In this document: positions 33,001 through 40,385 of the stretch, piece after piece
How the letters are laid out: each line of letters opens with the position of its first letter
How positions within the stretch are numbered: position 1 is the stretch's first letter
From: Bacteroidales bacterium
GTDB taxonomy: Bacteria; Bacteroidota; Bacteroidia; Bacteroidales; WCHB1-69
Assembly (NCBI GenBank): GCA_024400635.1
Contig: JAKSMI010000001.1
Coordinates: 113,468-177,467 of the forward strand
Direction: 5' to 3'
Length of the DNA: 64,000 nt
Made by a program: the position numbers and the translations under genes
The notes under the pieces: generated by a model
The model's database searches: none
The model's input: the letters and a program-made list of their open reading frames with translations, nothing else
What the model was told of the DNA's origin: nothing

Positions 33001-33464
33001 TTGTAGTAGCCGCCGGGACGCATGGTGTAGTTGGTGGTGTTGGTACCGGGAACCAGCCAGTAGTGCACATCGTGGAGACTGGGGACCGAATAGGTCGCCA
33101 ACTGCGTTATCTCGGCGTCGGTGGGGAGGTGCCAGCCCTCGGGACAGATACCCTGTATGAAATTGTGCTCGCCAACGACAGGGATTTGACCCGGCTGGAT
33201 GTTCATCGCCGCGTACCAGCTGTAAAGGCGTCCATAGACAGCAAGGTTGTCGCTGGTGTCGGGATACTTATCTGCCCAGTAGATTGAGCTGCCGGGGACC
33301 CTGGTCTTCAGGTTGGACTGCATCCAGCAGTGAGGACCAATCTTCAGCGGAGTGTAGGAATTGCCGTCCGCGTCGGTGACTGACAGGTTGCTTCCGCACT
33401 GTCCCATCACCGCGAGTGGGAGCAGGAACAATGCTAAAAGCAAAGGCAATAAAATCTTTTTCAT
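27051..33464 (-). CDS. giant secreted multidomain protein: 6 FISUMP (Fibrobacter succinogenes major paralogous, TIGR02145-type) domains + 7 Ig/Fn3-like modules + 1 Listeria-Bacteroides (Flg_new) repeat
   Basis: 2137 aa. Signal peptide MKKILLPLLLALFLLPLAVMGQC. The FISUMP signature is D.(D/E)GN.Y..V.IG.QCWM.ENL ... YG.LYNW ... GICP.GWH(V/L)P(S/T)..EW..L ... GFSA.P.G ... FWS ... GFSVRCLRD. The QCW Trp falls at aa 47, 546, 868, 1279, 1612 and 1939. Spacer modules look like TTDSANT.TKN.A.LYGNV...Y(Y/F).A...GTDT.YGE..NF.T. The Flg_new repeat is FFANGGIGTMD...FTGWNTAADGSGTQY...LTLYAQW. Confidence 0.85.
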   Translation of the reverse strand: MKKILLPLLLALFLLPLAVMGQCGSNLSVTDADGNSYTPLKIGPHCWMQSNLKTRVPGSSIYWADKYPDTSDNLAVYGRLYSWYAAMNIQPGQIPVVGEHNFIQGICPEGWHLPTDAEITQLATYSVPSLHDVHYWLVPGTNTTNYTMRPGGYYNANRNRSEDLCGSSYMWTAQSLDESSPSIVWSDCHCDHFLIDRTAPNNGVSVRCVLGIYQAQVATKEADNVKANSADLTGEVISAGLDENYTRGFIYGTDRDNPDGYVSESGQSEEEEYTLTAYDLAENTTYHFRAYVVNAFDTAYGEWMEFTTTVMKVQTLPINDITMHTAKANGAVTDMGNYESLNASFLYGTEPNALTDTAQREEAITAMGNYDCVLNGLLSDTKYYYCAYLTNGRQTVYGDTLDFTTTHMEVETAAATDVTNSGATLNGTLTALKGYSDNICGVVFRYGQCEDMLNLYSGGSTMDGTGDFNNDISGLLPNTTYYFQALAIHGTDTAWAADTLTFTTLTVPCPGAVRTNEHATELGSIDSVRDVEGNSYATVQIGSQCWMAQNLRTTQYADGTTPVSLGFDTSTSTAYRYFPDGDTNNVATYGHLYNWKAVMGSSTSSNNIPSGVQGICPDGWHVPSDAEWTQLTDYVNSQSGYKCGGTDKNIAKALASATGWKSSSYNCSVGNNLSPNNAAGFSAVPAGFYSGSYSDFGSYATFWSATQIDTIARSRFLGYGGASVIKYNKSKNFGFSVRCLRDPLTVTTDSANTVTKNGATLYGNVKSLGKYTTAQAGFRYGTSASTMTNIVSDEVAMMAAGQFSYGITGLTANTKYYYKAFSANGTDTVYGEVKNFKTLSINPCPNAATVTDVDNNVYNTVQIGNQCWMAENLRTTKYANGTAIANGGTTPSITTAYRYFPGGDTNNVATYGHLYNWKAVMGTSTSSKANPSGVQGICPDGWHVPSDAEWTQLTAYVKSRGYKCNVSPDNIAKALASTTGWMSSPDYCDVGNDPSANNATGFSAVPAGSYNGSRSGFDGVGGNAYFWSATSIRIYAYYRSINYSDEYVTCDDHFRDNGYSVRCLRDPLTVVTTAVSSITANSAICGGNVLADGGSAVTARGVCWSTSQNPTTADGHTTDGSGTGSFNSSITGLSGSTTYYVRAYAANGTDTVYGEVKNFTTAADIVTDTIVFFANGGIGTMDTMFVTRGDTVLNANTYTHGGNWQFTGWNTAADGSGTQYADHASITTSGNLTLYAQWHTWCTGIPKTSVNEFGTSRIDSVKDIDNNKYNVVQIGDQCWMAQNLRTTKYADGTSISLGSTTSTETAYHYYPTGSSSNVSKYGYLYNWKAVMGNSTSSETNPSGVQGICPKGWHVPSDTEWTQLTNYVSSQSEYVCESINTYNAKALASTTGWNSSSNTCVPGNNPSDNNATGFSAVPAGYYSGGYGSFGDDAHFWSATQYYNSYAYSRYVDYNYADVHKYNYEEYYGFSVRCLRDPLTVTTDSANTITKNSAKLYGNVTNMGGFAEVNAGFRYGQHPDYMTFRTERTVSSTGSFNAELTNISPNTTYYFQSYAATATDTAWASDTLTFTTLTNPCSVASIRGNERGTGKQIDSVKDHEDNWYKVVQIGNQCWLAENMRATTEPGSSTHIALNTDASLTEPRIYSTDSGYVARYGYLYNFPAAMNTSSDDNHFTYPHRGICPEGWHVPTKDDWDLLAATAGVPDHLYVPGTTEFTDGLGKLTGGTDWITSTWRTSPGCYNYIYRDSTGFSARPASCYYDGKIENVGESAYFWTSSEDDYYLHIYYSYGAILYGSGEAHSSGFSIRCLRDAEVPAAMSVTTDSANTITKNSATLYGNVTDMGGKSEVNAGFKYGTSESALTSIVSDGVSTTAPGMFSFGITGLTANTQYYYKAFAANGTDTVYGEVMNFKTLSINPCPNMPTVTDVDNNVYNTVQIGDQCWMKENLRTTKYADGTPISLGNSKSTSTAYRYYPNNDSNTVSTYGYLYNWRAAMRYSSSSENNPSGVQGICPTGWHLPSDAEWTQLTDYVSSQSQYRCNGNASFISKSLAATSGWRRDDFACAIGNYQFLNNATDFSGVPSGDYSGDYALFANSAYFWSTTLNFNDSNSAYIRLLYYNSESVIRNYNPIDFGFGVRCLRN

Positions 33465-33523
33465 TTTAATTTGTTGATTTATAATTAGTTATTATTTAAA
33501 ATTCCTATAATACATTTAGCGTT

Positions 33524-33531
33524 CAAATATA
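33524..33531 (-). promoter_or_regulatory. candidate -7 box TAtaTTTG for the giant gene
   Basis: Forward caaatata, about 60 nt upstream of the ATG at 33464. Confidence 0.4.
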
Positions 33532-33617
33532 ATCAAAATTACCTTAAATAAAACAAGTTTTTTTCTAAATTTCCTAATTCCATGAATTAAAAAAACAGTT
33601 TGTGTGTCTGAAAGGCT

Positions 33618-33700
33618 GTTGAGTTGTTGAACTGTTGAGTTGTTGAGATGTTGAAATGTTGAGATGTTGAAATGTTTAGTTGTTTAGACGTTTAGATGTT
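33618..33700. repeat. degenerate 8-bp micro-tandem array, about 10.4 copies (gttgagtt gttgaact gttgagtt gttgagat gttgaaat gttgagat gttgaaat gtttagtt gtttagac gtttagat gtt)
   Basis: Read directly. This is the largest array in the window and lies about 90-170 nt upstream of the giant-gene -7 box. Confidence 0.8.
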
Positions 33701-33788
33701 CTGTCTGAAAGACAGTATTTGAGTAAGCGGGGACGAAGTCCTCGGTGGGGAATGGCGTTGTTGGAATCTGTTGCCTGAAAGGCAATAC

Positions 33789-33888
33789 CATTTCCTGATA
33801 CTTTCTTTGAGACCCAAAGAAAGTATCACAAAGAAAGGTTTCCCGCTGAACAAGCCTTTGCTACAAATCGGGCAGTTACAGGCAAAAC
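33789..33888 (+). repeat. dispersed about 100-nt element, copy 2 (12-bp hairpin gatactttcttt..aaagaaagtatc + cccgctgaacaagc + acaaatcgggcag)
   Basis: Aligns with 14376-14462. Additional ctgaaag-loop hairpins lie at about 33701-33715 and 33769-33785. Confidence 0.6.
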
Positions 33889-33922
33889 GCAATTTCCATT
33901 TGCATCATTTAAAATATTATCG

Positions 33923-33930
33923 TACTTTTG
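33923..33930 (+). promoter_or_regulatory. candidate -7 box TActTTTG for the 33984 gene
   Basis: cgtacttttgtactc has the same gtaYYtttgtact context as the ligA promoter. Confidence 0.45.
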
Positions 33931-33983
33931 TACTCTAATTCTAAATTAGAATAATTGTAAACTGTCTTTGAAATATCAGCACT

Positions 33984-35393
33984 ATGAAAAATATAAAAAT
34001 CCTTCTCGCTTTAATCTCCATCTTATTGATATTCACAACTTTGAAAAGTAATGCCCAAGGCTATGAAATCAAAGTCAAGCTGCAGGACAAACAGACTTAC
34101 GACACTTTGAAACTTCGTACTTTCGATGGCAAAAGCGAACTTATTGATAAACAAACCGCTCCTTATGCAGCAAATTTCACCTTCAAAAGCAAGAAACCTC
34201 TGCCCGCGGGCATCTATTACATCAATGGCGATAGCACTATTCTTTGTGAATTTCTGATTTCAAACGATAAGGAACAGAAATTCTCCATCAACATCCTCGA
34301 AGATTCAGTGATTTTCACTGGCAGTATTGAGAATGCTGCCAACATGCAATACAGGAGCGAATTAGAAAATTTCAGTAAGCAGCTGAAGCAGCTTGACGTG
34401 GAATTCAACGAGATGAAACAGAACAACTTACCCCAGTATATGCTACAGCCTTTTGTTGAAAAGTTGATGGAGCGCGCTGAAAAAATCAGTACAGACAAAG
34501 CGACCTACCAGCGCCAAAAAGCTGACGAATACAAGGATTACCTATTGGGTTCCATCATTTTATCAACGATGGAACTGCCTAATCCGCCACAAGAAATTTA
34601 TGGCAATCGACTACTGTTGGAGAAATACATGGCAGAACACATGTACGATAATTACGCATGGCATGATGAGCGCATGATTTCGACGCCCATTGCTGTGAAC
34701 AAGCACAAACAATTCGCCACCACACTTTATTATTTGGATGTTAAAGACGGAAATACCGCTTTGTCCAACGCTTTGAAAGGCGCCCATGCCAATCCGAAAG
34801 TCTATTTCAGCTTTTTCGACCAATTGGAAAAAGTTCTTGGCGAAGTCAAATCACCTTACCGCGTTGAAGGCCTATACATTCAGATGCTTAAAGATGCTTT
34901 GGCTTACGACCAAACCAACAAGACGCGTCGCACACGTTATGAGGCTGAACTCAAACACATTGATAAGAACCTTGATGGATCCATACTTCCCAACTTCAAC
35001 ATTCTTATGGCTAACGGCGACACCACCACGCTTTACGACGTTCAAAGTCCGTACATGCTGCTGTACTTCCAGCACCCGGAATGTCCGACCTGCCGCCAAG
35101 CCCGTAATCAAATGAAGGATTATCCTTTCCTAAACCAGGCAATCGCCGACAAAAAAATCGTTGTACTGACCGTCTATTTTGAAAAGGACAAAAAGGTTTT
35201 CGATGATTTCCTCGTCAATGAAGCCAATCCAAACTGGCTCAACAGCTGGAACTACGACAATCAAATTGAGAAAGAAGAACTTTTCTACCTGGTTACCATC
35301 CCGTACATGTTCCTCGTTGATAAAGACAAACGCGTTATCAAAAAGGACATTCTCATCAACGAAATCGAAGATTATGTCAAGAATCTAAAATAA
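33984..35393 (+). CDS. thioredoxin-fold (TlpA/AhpC-like) protein with an N-terminal extension
   Basis: 469 aa. Signal peptide and a C-terminal thioredoxin-like region with the CxxC motif (FQHPECPTCRQ). Confidence 0.7.
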   Translation: MKNIKILLALISILLIFTTLKSNAQGYEIKVKLQDKQTYDTLKLRTFDGKSELIDKQTAPYAANFTFKSKKPLPAGIYYINGDSTILCEFLISNDKEQKFSINILEDSVIFTGSIENAANMQYRSELENFSKQLKQLDVEFNEMKQNNLPQYMLQPFVEKLMERAEKISTDKATYQRQKADEYKDYLLGSIILSTMELPNPPQEIYGNRLLLEKYMAEHMYDNYAWHDERMISTPIAVNKHKQFATTLYYLDVKDGNTALSNALKGAHANPKVYFSFFDQLEKVLGEVKSPYRVEGLYIQMLKDALAYDQTNKTRRTRYEAELKHIDKNLDGSILPNFNILMANGDTTTLYDVQSPYMLLYFQHPECPTCRQARNQMKDYPFLNQAIADKKIVVLTVYFEKDKKVFDDFLVNEANPNWLNSWNYDNQIEKEELFYLVTIPYMFLVDKDKRVIKKDILINEIEDYVKNLK

Positions 35394-35472
35394 AATTCTT
35401 ATGACATTCATCGGACCAACCATATCGAAAAAATCGTAATTTTGCATTTTCAACACATAAAAAACAAGAATT

Positions 35473-36528
35473 ATGACGGATAAAAAGAAGAAAATCATCA
35501 TTGGCGTAAGTGGCATCGTGCTTGTATTATTGTTGTTGATTGGTCCCATTTGCCACATCATCCGGAATCACCCTTACGAATACGTATATTTCAATGAGTT
35601 GGTCGGTGGTGTTGAAAAAGCATACGGCAATTATGAGCTCGACTATTACTACCACTCCACCCGCGAAGCATCGGAATGGGTCATTGCCAACGCAGAAGCC
35701 AATCCTGACGGTTCAAAAATCCGCGTAGCCACGTGGCACCTTGCTTCCGTCAACTATTTCTTCCGTAATGACACCGACCGTTTCGTGCCAACGTTCTGCC
35801 GCTGGTATGAAAAAGGCAACAATGACTGGGATTACGCCATTTTCACCGTTACGGGCATTTCTCCCGAACAGATTACCAATCCTGACGCATTTCCCCCGAA
35901 AGATTGCGTTCACACCATTGATGTCGATGGCAAGCCCATCTGCATCATTCTGAAAAGACAAACCAAAGATGATTTCAAAGGGAATCAATACAAGTCTAAA
36001 AATCAGATTGACAGTGCCCTTATGTGCTTTAACAATGCGCTGGCAGTTAATCCCTATAATGAAGCGGCCCTCAACAATATCATTGAATGTTATTTGATGA
36101 TTGGTCAACTGGACAGCGCAAAGAAATATATAGACCATGAACTCAGCTTTCTGCCAAAATACGAAACCGCCAACTATTTCTTAGCCCATTATTATATGAC
36201 GAAAGGCGAAATGGATAACGCCATCAAGGTTTGCAATAACATTATCGAATTTAATTTCAAGTTCTCTGGTGCTTACCATTTGTTATGCAACATCTATCTT
36301 CGTCAGAATGATGTTAAAAATGCGGAAAAAACCCTTTTAAAACTTATTGACGTTGACCAGTTGGACAATGCCGGTGTCCAGCAACTGATACAGATTTACA
36401 AGGCAGAAGGCCTTGATGACCGCGGCGCCTACCGCAAATTATACAAGAAGATGGCTACGAGCCTTGACAAGCGCGGCAAGAAAGAAGAAGCCCAAACCTA
36501 TTGGGATCTTTATAAACAAATGAGATAA
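35473..36528 (+). CDS. TPR-repeat protein resembling the C-terminal (non-catalytic) part of PMT_2/ArnT-like glycosyltransferases
   Basis: 351 aa. Single N-terminal TM, then HPYEYVYFNELVGGVEKAYGNYELDYYYHSTREASEWV, then TPR-like repeats (NNALAVNPYNEAALNNI...). Confidence 0.55.
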   Translation: MTDKKKKIIIGVSGIVLVLLLLIGPICHIIRNHPYEYVYFNELVGGVEKAYGNYELDYYYHSTREASEWVIANAEANPDGSKIRVATWHLASVNYFFRNDTDRFVPTFCRWYEKGNNDWDYAIFTVTGISPEQITNPDAFPPKDCVHTIDVDGKPICIILKRQTKDDFKGNQYKSKNQIDSALMCFNNALAVNPYNEAALNNIIECYLMIGQLDSAKKYIDHELSFLPKYETANYFLAHYYMTKGEMDNAIKVCNNIIEFNFKFSGAYHLLCNIYLRQNDVKNAEKTLLKLIDVDQLDNAGVQQLIQIYKAEGLDDRGAYRKLYKKMATSLDKRGKKEEAQTYWDLYKQMR

Positions 36529-36557
36529 ATTGAAGTCGTTTCCTTAATAATAAAACT

Positions 36558-39011
36558 ATGATTAAAAAATTCACCCTCGTTATTTTTTCTATCTTGTTGG
36601 TATTCGGCAACATAAGTTTTGCCCAGGTAGAAAACCCCTATACAGAATTCAATCCCGAAAAGCTGAAGGAGAAAAAGGAATATACCCGTAATTTCAATCC
36701 CGGCAACTTTAAAACCGATGTTTTGTACAATTGTATGGTTGACATGATTAATCTTGCCCGCGCAGAATATGTATTTCTGGAACCTTTGAAAACGGACAAG
36801 GATATGAACGACTGTGCCCAAATGCAGGCCGACTATCAAGCATTGAAAGACGAAAAGGGCGTTCTGAATGAACCTCCTTACCGTACAACATTTTTCAGAT
36901 TGAAAAAATATGGTCTGACCTATCATGCCATCGAATTGGTATCAAAGGCCAAAGCCACCTTGGGAACTCAGGAATACTCTTACTACGACCTTTGCTTCGA
37001 ATTAATCAAACCCATTCTAAAAAACATCAAAACGGCAAAACAACTACTTGACAAACAGTATACTTACATCGGCTTCGGCTTTGAAACGGACGAGTATATG
37101 CGCAGTATGTACATTTCCATTATTTTGGGTAACGATTTAACCTTCAACCCTGACAAACCTGACATTATGGATAAGGATGTGCCTTTCACCAAGGGCAAAT
37201 CAGGAATGACCTACTACGATGAGAAAGTGTGTGCCAAATGTGCCGCTGACAAGAATCTGGAAGTTCTTTCCACTTTCATTCAAGTAAAAGATAACGAAGT
37301 ATTTATGAACTGCGGCGACCACAAAGCCTTGAAAAAACTCATTGGCAAGGAAGGCGATGCCATCGTTTTGGACTTCGTACAGCACAGCCAATACGATTGC
37401 GAGGGCAATACCATTGACAACGACCGCATCAACCGAGGTTTCACCACCAAACCCATTCTTTTCGAAAAGATACTGGAAGCCAATACCATCAAAGACAAAA
37501 AATCAACGAAACTGAATGCCAAAATTGCCAACGTTCCTGAAACAATTGATGAAGACGCCGCTTTCGACATCAATATCATTGTTTTGAAAGAAGAAAAATA
37601 CGCTTGCCGCACCATCATCAAAAAAGCTGTTGAATGCAAGAAAGCCGACTTCCAGGAAAAAATCAATTTCAAGCCAGATTATGCTTCGATGAAAAGCAAA
37701 GGCGAATGGGTAGCTTCTGCTGAAGAAGGCACCCACGAATGTGTCATTCCCATAGACTTAAAAAAGACGACCTACACTTGGGCCGACCTTGACTCTGTTG
37801 TCAATGCCATCGATGCTCCCGCATACCACGTTACCAGCATCGACATTATCGCACAGACATCTCTCAATTACAGTGTTGACGCCAACCAGATGAAGAACCA
37901 GAAAAAGCGTACCGAAAGCGTTCAGAAAGTACTGCAACAGCAATTCCCCGGTGTTCCTTCCACCATCACATACAATGACGGTTGGGAAGATTTCAAACGC
38001 GATGTCAACAATCACGACAACTACTACGACCTAACCATCATTCCGAAGACCGAAGCGATTAAAGCACTGAAAGCCAACAACGGCCAGGCGGCCAAGGAAC
38101 TCGAAGCCGATTTCCTGTCAAAGCATCGTTATTTCACCTTGGTTTTTCATGTAAACTATGAAATTGCAGGTCCACAAGAAGAGACTTTCACTGCCTGGAA
38201 ATTCAACCAGTCGATGAAGAAGAAGAACTACAGTCAAGCCGTTGCCATTCAGAATTATATGATCAAGAAAGTTGAAGAAAAAGCATATTCATTGAATACT
38301 GTCAAAGAACTGCAGATTCCTGCCAACGCAAAATTCCAACAGCTGCTTAACAATAAATTATACATGGAATATTTCCTATCGCCGAAATTGGATGCCAAGA
38401 CAGTTGACGAGATGGCAAAAGTTGCCGCTTACGATCCTGCCAACCCAATAGAAATGTACAACATGGCTGTTTGCAAAGTATTTGGCACCGAGTTAACCTC
38501 ATTGACTGACATCACCAAGGTTCAAGCTGAAATCGACAAGTTGTATTCACAAGCCAGCCTGTCAAAAGAAGACATCAACAACCTGAATCTGGAATTTCAA
38601 TTCAAGATCATCGACTATATCAATTCCGTTCCTCAGACTTCAGAAGGCCAGGTGGTATATAACGCCACTTTCGACAAAATCAAGACCATCACCAACAAGA
38701 AACTGACGAGTTGGCAAAACGCATACAAACTGGCTTCCTATTTTGCCAAAAGCTATGATTACGCATACGCCATGGGCATTATGGAGCCCTTCCTTAGCGA
38801 TCCAAGCATCTCCAATGATTTCTTGTTCTCCTACATCAGCATTGCGGCTCATAGAGAAGAAGCATACCTCAGCAGTTTCTTCACAACAGCTGTCAAGATG
38901 GCCAATGACCGCGATGGTGCCCGTTTGTGCGGACTCTTCGACAAACTGCCCATCTGTGTTTTCGACAATGTGGAAGTGAAAAAGCTGATCTGCAAAAGCT
39001 GCGGAAGATAA
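36558..39011 (+). CDS. hypothetical secreted protein
   Basis: 817 aa. Signal peptide MIKKFTLVIFSILLVFGNISFAQ. No motif recognised. C-terminal CKSCGR. Confidence 0.55.
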   Translation: MIKKFTLVIFSILLVFGNISFAQVENPYTEFNPEKLKEKKEYTRNFNPGNFKTDVLYNCMVDMINLARAEYVFLEPLKTDKDMNDCAQMQADYQALKDEKGVLNEPPYRTTFFRLKKYGLTYHAIELVSKAKATLGTQEYSYYDLCFELIKPILKNIKTAKQLLDKQYTYIGFGFETDEYMRSMYISIILGNDLTFNPDKPDIMDKDVPFTKGKSGMTYYDEKVCAKCAADKNLEVLSTFIQVKDNEVFMNCGDHKALKKLIGKEGDAIVLDFVQHSQYDCEGNTIDNDRINRGFTTKPILFEKILEANTIKDKKSTKLNAKIANVPETIDEDAAFDINIIVLKEEKYACRTIIKKAVECKKADFQEKINFKPDYASMKSKGEWVASAEEGTHECVIPIDLKKTTYTWADLDSVVNAIDAPAYHVTSIDIIAQTSLNYSVDANQMKNQKKRTESVQKVLQQQFPGVPSTITYNDGWEDFKRDVNNHDNYYDLTIIPKTEAIKALKANNGQAAKELEADFLSKHRYFTLVFHVNYEIAGPQEETFTAWKFNQSMKKKNYSQAVAIQNYMIKKVEEKAYSLNTVKELQIPANAKFQQLLNNKLYMEYFLSPKLDAKTVDEMAKVAAYDPANPIEMYNMAVCKVFGTELTSLTDITKVQAEIDKLYSQASLSKEDINNLNLEFQFKIIDYINSVPQTSEGQVVYNATFDKIKTITNKKLTSWQNAYKLASYFAKSYDYAYAMGIMEPFLSDPSISNDFLFSYISIAAHREEAYLSSFFTTAVKMANDRDGARLCGLFDKLPICVFDNVEVKKLICKSCGR

Positions 39012-39042
39012 TTAAACCAAGAGTTGAAAACTGAGAACTAAA

Positions 39043-39081
39043 GTAGAGACACGGAAATGCCGTGTCTCTACAAATTTTTTT
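39043..39081 (+). terminator. rho-independent terminator
   Basis: gtagagacacgg aaatg ccgtgtctctac forms a 12-bp perfect stem, followed by aaattttttt. Confidence 0.8.
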
Positions 39082-39094
39082 ATCACAAAAATTT

Positions 39095-40159
39095 ATGGAA
39101 GAAGATATTCGGTTTCAGGAAGAAGAAAAGGAAGAAAAAGACGAATTATACGAACATTTCAGGTTCAATGTTGAGAAGGGTACTGAGATGATTCGTATCG
39201 ACAAGTATCTGATGAACTTGATTCCGAACACATCGAGAAACAAGATTCAGCAGGCGGCGAAAGCCAACTGCATTGTCGTCAACGGCAAGCCCGAAAAGCA
39301 GAACTACCGTGTACATCCTTTGGATGTGATTTCCATTCTGATGCCTCAGCCCGTCCGCGACATCGAAATCATTCCCGAAGATATTCCTTTGGAAGTTCCT
39401 TACGAAGATGATGACCTCATCATCATCAACAAGCAAGCCGGATTAGTAGTTCATCCCGCCTACGGAAACTACACAGGAACGCTTGTCAACGCTCTGACAT
39501 ACAGATTTTTGAATAAGAAAGACAAAGAAGGAAACGATTTAAAACCACTGTTAGTACACCGAATTGACAAGAACACTTCCGGCATTATGATTGTTGCGAA
39601 AAGCGAGTTAGCGCAGTTGTCATTAGCAAAACGCTTTTTCAATCACGATTTGGAGCGGAAATACTGGGCTTTAGTTTGGGGTGATTTCAAGGAAGATTCC
39701 GGCACGATTGTCGGGAATGTTGGCCGCAACCCTAAAGACCGCTTGGTAATGACTGTCTTTCCCGAGGGCAGCGACCAAGGCAAGCATGCGGTAACGCATT
39801 GGAAAGTGGTGGAACGTTTTGGCTACGTAACTTTGGTGGAATGTCAGCTTGAGACTGGCCGCACACACCAGATACGAGTGCATTTCAAATCGATTGGACA
39901 TCCTCTTTTCAACGACGAGACATACGGCGGTGATCAGATTCTAAAAGGTACGACTTTCAGCAAATACAAACAATTTATACAAAATTGCTTCGAATTAATG
40001 CCAAGACAGGCTCTTCATGCCAAGTCATTAGGCATCGAACACCCGAGCTCAGGGAAGTATATGCTCTTTGATTCGGAGTTGCCAGAAGACTTTTCCGCGG
40101 TTCTTGAAAAATGGCGTAACTATGTCAAACACAAAGCTTTAGAAGACGAAGATTTATAA
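39095..40159 (+). CDS. rluD: RluA-family 23S rRNA pseudouridine synthase (RluD-like)
   Basis: S4 domain (RIDKYLMNLIPNTSRNKIQQ) and catalytic HRIDKNTSGIMIVAK. The ATG at 39095 is preferred, because the track GTG at 39062 lies inside the upstream terminator hairpin. Confidence 0.9.
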   Translation: MEEDIRFQEEEKEEKDELYEHFRFNVEKGTEMIRIDKYLMNLIPNTSRNKIQQAAKANCIVVNGKPEKQNYRVHPLDVISILMPQPVRDIEIIPEDIPLEVPYEDDDLIIINKQAGLVVHPAYGNYTGTLVNALTYRFLNKKDKEGNDLKPLLVHRIDKNTSGIMIVAKSELAQLSLAKRFFNHDLERKYWALVWGDFKEDSGTIVGNVGRNPKDRLVMTVFPEGSDQGKHAVTHWKVVERFGYVTLVECQLETGRTHQIRVHFKSIGHPLFNDETYGGDQILKGTTFSKYKQFIQNCFELMPRQALHAKSLGIEHPSSGKYMLFDSELPEDFSAVLEKWRNYVKHKALEDEDL

Positions 40160-40239
40160 ATTTCATCAACGATGAAATTTTATTGAAATAAAAAAGGGAA
40201 AAAATAAATTTTAGTAATTGGCAAATCAAAAAAAAATTG

Positions 40240-40247
40240 TATTTTTG
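40240..40247 (+). promoter_or_regulatory. candidate -7 box TAttTTTG for tRNA-Leu
   Basis: 13 nt upstream of the tRNA 5' end. Shares the 23-nt string with the rpsU promoter. Confidence 0.5.
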
Positions 40248-40260
40248 CCGCCGCAAACAA

Positions 40261-40344
40261 GCCCAGGTGGTGGAATTGGTAGACACGCTACTTTGAGGGG
40301 GTAGTGGGAGTTATCCCGTGCAAGTTCGACTCTTGTCCTGGGCA
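40261..40344 (+). tRNA. tRNA-Leu (anticodon GAG)
   Basis: Hand-folded. The 7-bp acceptor GCCCAGG/CCTGGGC has discriminator A. D-arm with GG. Anticodon stem CTACT/GGTAG with loop TTGAGGG. Long variable arm GGGA-GTTA-TCCC. T-arm GCAAG-TTCGACT-CTTGT. Confidence 0.93.
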
Positions 40345-40352
40345 CAAAAAAA

Positions 40353-40385
40353 AACTCGAAAGCATCGCTTCCGAGTTTTTTTTTT
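40353..40385 (+). terminator. terminator after tRNA-Leu
   Basis: aactcgaaagc atc gcttccgagtt (one mismatch) followed by a T-run of about 9. Confidence 0.65.

Noticed and set aside
27814-33287. Many 60-285-aa ORFs on both strands inside the giant gene (for example 30306..31163 +, 285 aa; 31602..32039 +; 32244..32663 +; 32768..33070 -)
   Set aside because: GC-rich DNA is poor in stop codons, and the translations are Gly/Ala/Val/Arg-rich with no motifs. The minus-strand frame starting at 33464 carries six coherent FISUMP domains and explains the whole region.
33618-33700. Possible CRISPR array (and likewise the other micro-tandem arrays)
   Set aside because: Units are only 7-12 bp, contiguous with no spacers, and degenerate. 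There are no cas genes in the window.
39062-39094. GTG start of rluD given in the track
   Set aside because: It lies inside the 12-bp-stem terminator hairpin of the upstream gene. The in-frame ATG at 39095 is more plausible.
40261-40344. tRNA-Leu as an integration site of a genomic island
   Set aside because: There is no integrase, no direct repeat of the tRNA 3' end and no compositional shift on either side. The flanking genes (rluD, transglutaminase-like) look like core genes.
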